Shown piece by piece: positions 56,700 through 64,000 of a stretch of DNA of 64,000 nucleotides (positions are counted from its first letter, which is position 1; every line of letters begins with the position of its first letter). The stretch comes from Craspedostauros australis (Eukaryota): the NCBI GenBank assembly GCA_030167865.1, contig JALAGF010004599.1, positions 62,001 to 126,000 of the forward strand, written 5' to 3'. The notes below the pieces were generated by a model that searched no databases, was not told the DNA's origin, and saw nothing but the letters and a program-made list of their open reading frames with translations. The translations under genes were made by a program, and so were the position numbers.

Positions 56700-59351
56700 T
56701 TAAACTTTCGGGAGGATGGTCGGGTTGACCTTGAGGAGGTGGTAGAGTAGACTCACAATCTTGGCCTCCTTCTTGCATCGCTTGATCTCCTCCTCGGCCT
56801 CAGCCGACACGCTCCTGCTGATTCGTCGATGTTGCTTCTTGAAAGCGGAGGGACGGTCCACTGGCATGCTGGACGATCTCACGATCGACGGGGACTTGAA
56901 CGCGACGATGTGGAAAGGGAGCATGTCGCACGTGTCTGGCGAAGTCAGGGCGCTTGGATTGGCATCGAAGATGGCGCTGACCCCATTCTCCCAGCTGATG
57001 ACGCCAGTTTGACACGCAATGTGGAGCGGAAACCTGCCATTCGCGTCGCTCACTGACGCATTGGCCGGGTGGAGCTTGACGAGGTTCACAAGGAGCGTTT
57101 CGTCCGAGTCTGAGCACGATGCCGCCATATGAAGCGCGGTCCAGCCCCTCCCATTCTCCTCTCTCCTTTGTATGGCACCCTGGAAGGCATTGTGTATGTG
57201 GACGACCGCATTGTCCCACGACATGCCCAGCTCGCACGATAGATGCAGTGGCAGCCTGCCATTCTTGTCCGCCTGCTGGGAACCTCGTGGGTGCTGCTCC
57301 AATATCTTGATGATGAATTGTTTCTTTGCGTTGCGGTTGGAAGCGACAAGGTGAAGTGGCAGTTGGTTGTCGAAATGGCCGCTCGTTCTGGATTGCGCTG
57401 CTCGGGGATTCGATTGGCAGAGCTGTTCAACGATCGGCGTCCAGCTCGTCCCATGCCCCGCCACGATGTGGAGCGGATACCTCCCGAAGCTATCGGCGTG
57501 CGACGGCCCACGCGGGTGCTCAACGAGGAGGTTGCCGACGATCGAATCCGCTTCGCCGTCCCTGGAATCCCCCTCCACCAATTCCGCATGGTGCGCGATC
57601 GAATAACATGCCCGGTGCAGCGGGAGCAGACCATTGCTATCGGGTGTTCGCGCTGCAGCTGGATTGGCCGCATAAATCTTGTCCGTCCCGTCCTGAATCC
57701 AGAATGCCCTGTTCCGGTTTTGGACCGCTCTGTGCAACGGGAGGCTGCCGTCGCTGGCGGTCGCTTGTGCGGCCTCCGGATTCAACTGGAGCAACTTGGT
57801 GATGACCAGGCGGCTTGATTCATCGACCGCCCTTGACGAGGCCGCTAGATGCAAGGCCGTCAGTTGCGCAGCCTCGTCGACGCCGGCCATTATGTGCTTC
57901 GGACATTGCAGGTCGTCGTCATCGATCTCCATCGCCTGCTCAGGATGAAGTGCGCAAGCCAGCAGAAACAGAGAAACATGACACCTGATGGCTGCTGTTG
58001 CATGCAGCATCCTCCATTTGCGATCCTTTCCATTTGCCTTGGCAATGGCAGTTCCATTCGTAGCTGCATCTTGGCACTCTCCCACGTTTGCATCCATGTG
58101 GACATCTTCGCACCCATTTCCATTTCCATTTTGATTTCCACTTCCACTTCCATTGGATTTACCATTGCGTTTACCATTGACCTTCTCGGTCGAACATCGG
58201 CTCTCGTGCTCTCCGTCTCCATATGCCCCTTCATTAACATTGAACCCAAACGCTGCCTTGAGGAAGAATTCCACACGATTCCACCGTTTGAAGACTTCGT
58301 CGTTGCTGCGCAATCGATCCCACACCTTCTGCGCCTGCTGTTGCTGTGACAGCGAGGCGACTTCTTCTTCGGATGGGAAGATCATTTGCAAGTTGCGAGT
58401 GCCATCGATCTTCTCAGCCCACGTGTCCCAAACAATCGCAAGGGCGGAGTCCGCGTTCTGGTCTTCTGCCAGGACAGCCGATGCATCAGCCTCGAGAAGG
58501 ATCTCCACCACTCCTGGCGGTGCGTCGTACCTCACAGCGTAGAACAACGGCGTGCGTCCTTGAAGGTCGCTCTTGGACACCGCCGCGTGACCCTTGTCGG
58601 GGAAGAGATGGACCAGCAACCGCACGACCTCCTTGCTGCATTTGAAGCGCGTCGCGTAGTGCAGCGGGGTCCATCCCTTGTTCTCCTCCTCCAGCAGAGC
58701 GCTCGGATAGGCTGAGATCAAGGCCTTGACAACGTCCGGCTGAGGACAACGGCGATTGCACGCGTGATGCAGCGCCGTCCAACCGTCCTGCCCTGCGTAC
58801 TCGGCGGCCTCCGGGTTGGTCTCGCAGAGCGATCGTACCGTGCCCCAGTCCGTGATGCGTGCTGCGTCATGAATGGCGGATGACTGGCTTGGAACGGCGG
58901 CGGTCGCCGTTGTCTTCGCTGCCTTTGTGGCGAACTGGTCTGTCGTGAGGGAGGATCGTTGGGCCATCGAGGATGATTGCTGTGCGCCTGCAAAGGCAGT
59001 CATGGACGCACCCAGCGCATCGCCTGCCCAGCTGTTGCTCCAGCTCTGATGGAAGTCGGTGAGGCTCATGTGGCCGCCACCGCCACCGCTGCCAGCAGCG
59101 TCAGTGGCTGCGGGAGCGGAAGTGGAAGCGCAGCCGGTTCCACCGGAAGGTGTCTTCGCATTCAGCCATGATTCAGCGGTGATGGAGATTCGTTCTTCGC
59201 CGTTCGCATCAGCAGAGGCTGTTGCCGTCGCCGATGCCGTTGCAACTTGATCGTTGCTTGCTCCGTTGGCCTTGCTGTGCTTGTTTTGAGGATCTGCGAT
59301 GGTGTGGTCCTTCCCATTTTCTGGGCTGTTGCCATTGCTCTTCGATGTCAT
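56700..59351 (-). CDS. Ankyrin-like repeat protein (883 aa)
   Basis: More than 10 repeats of G.(T/L)(P/A)LH.A (GWTALHHAC, GWTPLHYAT, GSLPLHRAV, GLLPLHRAC, GRYPLHIVA, GRLPLHLSC, GRFPLHIAC), each followed by L...hP.a helices. Confidence 0.9.
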   Translation of the reverse strand: MTSKSNGNSPENGKDHTIADPQNKHSKANGASNDQVATASATATASADANGEERISITAESWLNAKTPSGGTGCASTSAPAATDAAGSGGGGGHMSLTDFHQSWSNSWAGDALGASMTAFAGAQQSSSMAQRSSLTTDQFATKAAKTTATAAVPSQSSAIHDAARITDWGTVRSLCETNPEAAEYAGQDGWTALHHACNRRCPQPDVVKALISAYPSALLEEENKGWTPLHYATRFKCSKEVVRLLVHLFPDKGHAAVSKSDLQGRTPLFYAVRYDAPPGVVEILLEADASAVLAEDQNADSALAIVWDTWAEKIDGTRNLQMIFPSEEEVASLSQQQQAQKVWDRLRSNDEVFKRWNRVEFFLKAAFGFNVNEGAYGDGEHESRCSTEKVNGKRNGKSNGSGSGNQNGNGNGCEDVHMDANVGECQDAATNGTAIAKANGKDRKWRMLHATAAIRCHVSLFLLACALHPEQAMEIDDDDLQCPKHIMAGVDEAAQLTALHLAASSRAVDESSRLVITKLLQLNPEAAQATASDGSLPLHRAVQNRNRAFWIQDGTDKIYAANPAAARTPDSNGLLPLHRACYSIAHHAELVEGDSRDGEADSIVGNLLVEHPRGPSHADSFGRYPLHIVAGHGTSWTPIVEQLCQSNPRAAQSRTSGHFDNQLPLHLVASNRNAKKQFIIKILEQHPRGSQQADKNGRLPLHLSCELGMSWDNAVVHIHNAFQGAIQRREENGRGWTALHMAASCSDSDETLLVNLVKLHPANASVSDANGRFPLHIACQTGVISWENGVSAIFDANPSALTSPDTCDMLPFHIVAFKSPSIVRSSSMPVDRPSAFKKQHRRISRSVSAEAEEEIKRCKKEAKIVSLLYHLLKVNPTILPKV

Positions 59352-60512
59352 GATTTGTTATCTGTTATACTATACTATTATATATTTGAGTGCAATCTTT
59401 GCGCTTATACTCGTATGGCACTTTCGGTGCTCTATTGTTTTTCGATGTTTCGCAGTTCTTTGGGAACGAAATGCACAATCAACCTTCCAGAACAACGAAA
59501 GGAGGGGCCGACGTTGCAAGGGGCCAGCTTGATCAAGAGAAAGGGTGTTGCCCAACTACTCAACTACCCAGTTGCTCAGTTGCTCAGCAGGTGGGCTCGT
59601 GGGTCTGCGACTTGATGAAGGAAGTCCTTTGTGGAGTAGAGCGTGGCTCGAGCTACCCGAGCTAAACCAACCAGTCAAGCCCTCAAGCCGACAACTTGTC
59701 AACTGCTATTGCCACCGAATTGATCGATAGATCGATCGTGGTTTGACTTGCGGAGAGGATCCGTTTGATGTTGTCGGCTCTCCTTTGTTTGTAGTGTTGG
59801 TGCTCGAGCTTGTATTTGCATTAATGCTCTCTGTGATCTTCTGTGATGTCTTGCCGCGGACGATTTCTGTGACCTCCGAAACATTCCTCGTGCTCCTTCC
59901 ATGAACGCGTACGGGAACGGGCTACTGTGCTCTCTCTGCGATCTGTGCGAATGTTTGCGGTCATGGTCACCAACCCGCAACAACACGGACAAACTGCGAG
60001 CACCTTGGATGAATTATGGTACCATGAAATATGTACGCTAATAGAGAGATATCTCACAAGTACTACACGGTACTATGTAGTATAGTCATATCCATCTGCG
60101 AAAGAAACACGACTGTGGGCTCGTCGATTCCAAGAGGATGGAGTTGAACACAGACACGCCCACAAGAAGCTCACGCGAAATCTCCAAAACCACGAATGAC
60201 ACCAGAATCGTGTTGGCTGTTGTCTTCGTGGAGGCGACTTCTCTTTTTGGCTCAGCGGTGAAGATCGCAACACCCCACGATGTTCTTGGAGCGCATCCAA
60301 AAAGAGAAGGGAGTCATCCACGAAAGGAACCGACATCGACCCTCCGCTTTTGAGTTCGCATCTATTCTACTATCCTCTTTTCGAAAGGTTGTGTCCCACA
60401 TCGAATCGCGTTCCAAGTAGAGAGTGTCTGTGGAAGCCGGCATAGATCGTGCTCGTATCTTCACTTGTCGTGGCGCGGTTGGGTCGTTGCCGTCGCTTGG
60501 AGCAGAAGAACG

Positions 60513-60551
60513 TGCGGTGATCTTGCGGTGATCTTGCGGTGATCTTGCGGT
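60513..60551. repeat. 11-bp tandem repeat (TGCGGTGATCT)x3.5 upstream of VPS13
   Basis: tgcggtgatct tgcggtgatct tgcggtgatct tgcggt, read directly from the sequence. Confidence 0.9.
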
Positions 60552-60729
60552 TGGTGCTATCACTCCACGCAGAGCCGGTGAAGAGGCAAACGCAAACGCA
60601 AAGGCAAAGATCGATAGGTGGACAGAGTCTCACACATCCGAAATCTCCGTGCTCGTATTGCCTTACGCCTCAAGCACACAAAGAAACCAACAAACCAACA
60701 AGTAATTCGAATCGAAACACAGGACCACC

Positions 60730-63700
60730 ATGGCGAAGAAGGCATTGCTGGACGTGCTGGAGCAGACGATCGGCAAGTACGTCAAGAATCTTGATGCAGA
60801 ATCTCTCAACGTAGCCGTGTGGAGCGGCAGGATCGAGCTGAATTCCTTGCAGCTCGACATCGAAGCTGTCAACGGCGAGCTGGATCGTCAGGCGGCGGAG
60901 GCACCGAATCTGGCAGTACCCTTCAAGGTCGTGTCTGGCACCTTCCAGTCGTTCCAGGTCGACGTGCCATGGGCGCATCTCATGAGCCAATCCGTCATAC
61001 TACGGGCCAGGGGCCTCAACGTGACGGTGGCGCCGTTCGACAGGTCATCCAATTCGGATCTGCTCAAGGCCGCTGCCATCAGCGAGAGCGACCGGGCCAA
61101 CACAACGCGCAAGGCACGCCTGCAGATGATCAAATCATCAGACGAGTACAGACAGCGGACCAACGCGATGAAGAACATTGCCATGTCCGCGGTCGAGGTC
61201 GAACCAGCGAAGGGACAGAAGAAGGACTCATCCACCTTTGGCGCGCGTTTGGTGCGCAGGATCATCGAAAACATCCAAATCGAGGTTGACGATGTGCACG
61301 TCTCTCTCCAGGACGCCGATGGGTCAGCCGGCGTCATCCTCAAGTCGCTATCGCTGAACACGACTGACGTCCTGGGAAAGAAGAGCTTCGTTGACAGAAC
61401 AGGGGCAGAGAAGCTGGGGTCGTTGCAAAACAGCTTCCTCTACAAGCAGCTCAACATCGATGGCTTCAGCGTCTACCTCGACGATGCCAGCAAGACCAGC
61501 AACAAGTACATGCTCGCCATCCACGAAGACGACGCCAGCGGCGGCGGCGGCAAGGCAGGCGCACCCAGCTCGTCTTCCTCCCACACCACGCACAGGTATA
61601 TCTTGAAGCCTCTGTCGTTCCAATCCAAGCTGAGGCAGGCCGATGGCAACGTCTGCGTCGACTATCACAAGTACCTGCTCTCGAGCGAGCTGTCATCCAT
61701 CGTCGTCGATTTGGGGAGGGATCAGATGGATCTGGCCCGGATCATCCTGCAGAAGGTCCAATCGGGAGGTGGAGGACGAGGGCCGCTGTTCCCCGAATAC
61801 CGACCACTTTGCCGCGTCACGAAGGCCAACGCCAAGCAATGGTGGATGTACGCAGCACGATGCATCGGACGGCTGAGCGGGCGTCGTTTGTGGAAGGAGT
61901 TTCACGCCGCGTTCAAGTTGAGGAGACGGTACCTCCCCCTGTACAAACGGCAGCAGCACCACAAAGCTTGTCCGTGGCTCAAGGAGCTGACAAAAGACGA
62001 GGCTGACGAAGTCGCGGAGATTGAACTGACTCGGTCCATATCCATTGAAGGCATCATGAGCTGGAGGAACATCGCTGACGCGCAAATGGAAATGGAAAAG
62101 GCAAAGCACCAACTGAAGCAGCCAACCGAACAGAAGGGCTTGTTCTCCTCCCTCTTTGGCAGCAGCAAAGTGAACGCAACTTCGCAAGCGCAAGGTGCCG
62201 GCGAAGATCCACCAGTCACACTGAGTGCTGAGGAGATGAAGGAGCTGGAGATGATGAACCGTCAGCAGATGGCAGAAGCCGATCTCTCACAGGATTCCAA
62301 ACTCTGCGACCTCAAGCTCGTCCTGGATTCTCTCCAGGTCAACCTTTACGCGTACAACCTCAAGAACATAGCAGCGTTGAACCTGGGGAGCGTGTCCACA
62401 TCCTTCAGCGCCAACGTGGATGGCGCGTTCGCCTTCGACTTCAAAATCTCGGACCTTGGCATCAAGGACAACATCACGCCTCAGTCGTTGTTCCCATCCA
62501 TCCTGCGTCGCTCATCGTACAAAAGCGAAGTGTTAGGAAAGAATGACAAGGATGCATTCACCTTTTCCGCCGCCAAGGACCAGCATGGTGATCAGAAGCT
62601 CACGATGAAATTGGACGCCTTTGAGGCAACCGCGTCGCCGAAATTGACTCGCGAAATCCACGCGTTCTTCCTCGCGCCTCATCTCGCCCCAACTCGCAAC
62701 CAGACACTGCAAAATCCACTGCTGGCACAGTCGCTTTCTGGATCTGTCGATCTTTTCTACGATGCCGCCCCAGGCCCGAGTACTAGCATTGCAGAATTGC
62801 CAACTGCCGGCGATGGCAGGGCAGCCTTGCTCCCGGAAAGGCAGGTAGCCAAGACTAACGACGATTGGGCCAACAGCATCGTCGAGGCATGGCAGCAAAA
62901 AACCGAAAAGAAGAGCACGCTGGTGGTCGACATCGACATCATGGCGCCGATCCTCGTGGTGCCAGAATCGTGCACACATCCGAGTGGCAGCGTCCTAGTC
63001 TTCGACCTGGGACGATTGCGCTTGCAGTACGGCAAGATCGACCCTGCTCCAATGGTCAAGAGCTGGTGGGAGAAGAATCACATCGTGGCCAATGAAGATA
63101 CGATTCTAGACGGCGCGAGGCTGGAAATGTCCGACCTCAAGTTCTTCGTCTCGACCGTGCAGCATTGGCAGGATCAGTCAGCGACTGGCAATGCCGCCGG
63201 AGGTTCCCACGTGATCAACCCGATCACCCTGCGCCTTGACGCTGGAGTTGCAAGCCGTCTGGATCGAAGTGCCCCTCTGATTTGTGCTTTCGGCGTCGTC
63301 CCTTCCGTCAGCGTTGGGATTTCTCCCAAATCAGGCTCCCGTATCGTGACAGTCGTCGACAGCTGGAAATCGTTGCTCTCCGATGTCGCACTCGAAAGCG
63401 ATGATGACAACATCAGCAGCACTAATGGATTAGATACCTCGCCGCTCGCAGCAACACCCGCATTCCAACCAACCTCGCCTCACGAGAGCACCACTGGTAT
63501 TGCCGATCCTCGGCAGACTTCACCGTCAGCAAACAATGCCGCTGGAGCGAACATCGCAACGATCCATGTTGCATTGGATTTCGAGCAACTGGCAGCATCC
63601 ATCCTGGATGATAGCAACGTACCGCAGGTGCAGACCAAGCTGATCTCCGTGCGAACATCGTTCACCATCTTCTCGGAAGGCAACCAGGAAGGCCGATTAC

Positions 63701-64000
63701 AAATGGGATATTTCTGGGTTGTGGATCGCATGAAGTACAGCTTCGTGCGCAAACAAAGGCTCATAGCGCACTCAACGCTACCGGAGACTGATCTTTCCAA
63801 CAAAGACGACATCAGTTCATCGCTGGCACACTTGAAGGTGAAGGGTGGCAGGGGACAATCCACCGAGCTTGCAGATATCGTGTTCCGGATGAACTCGGCA
63901 GATGGTGGCGATGGCGGGCGTCGCATACACGAGAGCTCTTTGCACGCGAAGTTCACCAGCCTGTTCATCCACTGGAATCCAAGGGCCATGAAGCAGCTGG
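60730..64000 (+). CDS. VPS13: VPS13-family bridge-like lipid transfer protein (5' part; runs off the window end)
   Basis: Absent from the ORF track because there is no stop in the window. ATG at 60730 gives MAKKALLDVLEQTIGKYVKNLDAESLNVAVWSGRIELNSLQLD (chorein-N), then VDVPWAHL, RRIIENIQIEVDDVHVSL, NAKQWWMYA and DIDIMAPILVVP..LVFDLGRL. The frame was spot-checked as open to 64000. Confidence 0.93.
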   Translation, partial: MAKKALLDVLEQTIGKYVKNLDAESLNVAVWSGRIELNSLQLDIEAVNGELDRQAAEAPNLAVPFKVVSGTFQSFQVDVPWAHLMSQSVILRARGLNVTVAPFDRSSNSDLLKAAAISESDRANTTRKARLQMIKSSDEYRQRTNAMKNIAMSAVEVEPAKGQKKDSSTFGARLVRRIIENIQIEVDDVHVSLQDADGSAGVILKSLSLNTTDVLGKKSFVDRTGAEKLGSLQNSFLYKQLNIDGFSVYLDDASKTSNKYMLAIHEDDASGGGGKAGAPSSSSSHTTHRYILKPLSFQSKLRQADGNVCVDYHKYLLSSELSSIVVDLGRDQMDLARIILQKVQSGGGGRGPLFPEYRPLCRVTKANAKQWWMYAARCIGRLSGRRLWKEFHAAFKLRRRYLPLYKRQQHHKACPWLKELTKDEADEVAEIELTRSISIEGIMSWRNIADAQMEMEKAKHQLKQPTEQKGLFSSLFGSSKVNATSQAQGAGEDPPVTLSAEEMKELEMMNRQQMAEADLSQDSKLCDLKLVLDSLQVNLYAYNLKNIAALNLGSVSTSFSANVDGAFAFDFKISDLGIKDNITPQSLFPSILRRSSYKSEVLGKNDKDAFTFSAAKDQHGDQKLTMKLDAFEATASPKLTREIHAFFLAPHLAPTRNQTLQNPLLAQSLSGSVDLFYDAAPGPSTSIAELPTAGDGRAALLPERQVAKTNDDWANSIVEAWQQKTEKKSTLVVDIDIMAPILVVPESCTHPSGSVLVFDLGRLRLQYGKIDPAPMVKSWWEKNHIVANEDTILDGARLEMSDLKFFVSTVQHWQDQSATGNAAGGSHVINPITLRLDAGVASRLDRSAPLICAFGVVPSVSVGISPKSGSRIVTVVDSWKSLLSDVALESDDDNISSTNGLDTSPLAATPAFQPTSPHESTTGIADPRQTSPSANNAAGANIATIHVALDFEQLAASILDDSNVPQVQTKLISVRTSFTIFSEGNQEGRLQMGYFWVVDRMKYSFVRKQRLIAHSTLPETDLSNKDDISSSLAHLKVKGGRGQSTELADIVFRMNSADGGDGGRRIHESSLHAKFTSLFIHWNPRAMKQL

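Overview
Gene-dense eukaryotic nuclear DNA, almost certainly from a diatom. Evidence: GT-AG introns, bipartite signal+(A)F plastid presequences, silicanin-type and silaffin-type proteins, and HA-domain and PLAC8 families. The species cannot be determined from this window. I can support 23 protein-coding genes; 16 introns (178-411 nt) were reconstructed by hand to keep the reading frames. Conserved genes: SAM-kinesin-13, plastid YchF, SBDS, QPRT, PIG-C, exocyst Sec3, threonine dehydratase, CCT5, UTP15, Rpn8, Tim44, a PAPS/nucleotide-sugar transporter and a 3'-truncated VPS13. The most interesting content relates to cell-wall silicification and secretion. (1) A head-to-tail pair of divergent silicanin-like type I membrane proteins with internal RXL sites and a shared cytosolic WxP...SRxxSGI...RSxS motif. 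(2) A secreted protein with an RRL-delimited silaffin-like KxxK domain, an acidic domain and a dirigent/AOC-like C-terminal domain. (3) A Sec3 with a spliced N-terminal KGV-rich amphipathic repeat. Also present: a small tripartite-targeted thylakoid protein, an apparently catalytically dead SGNH protein, and a palindrome (CTCTCTAGAGAG) recurring downstream of stop codons. I found no rRNA, tRNA, CRISPR array or transposon. All family calls come from motif recognition, not database searches.
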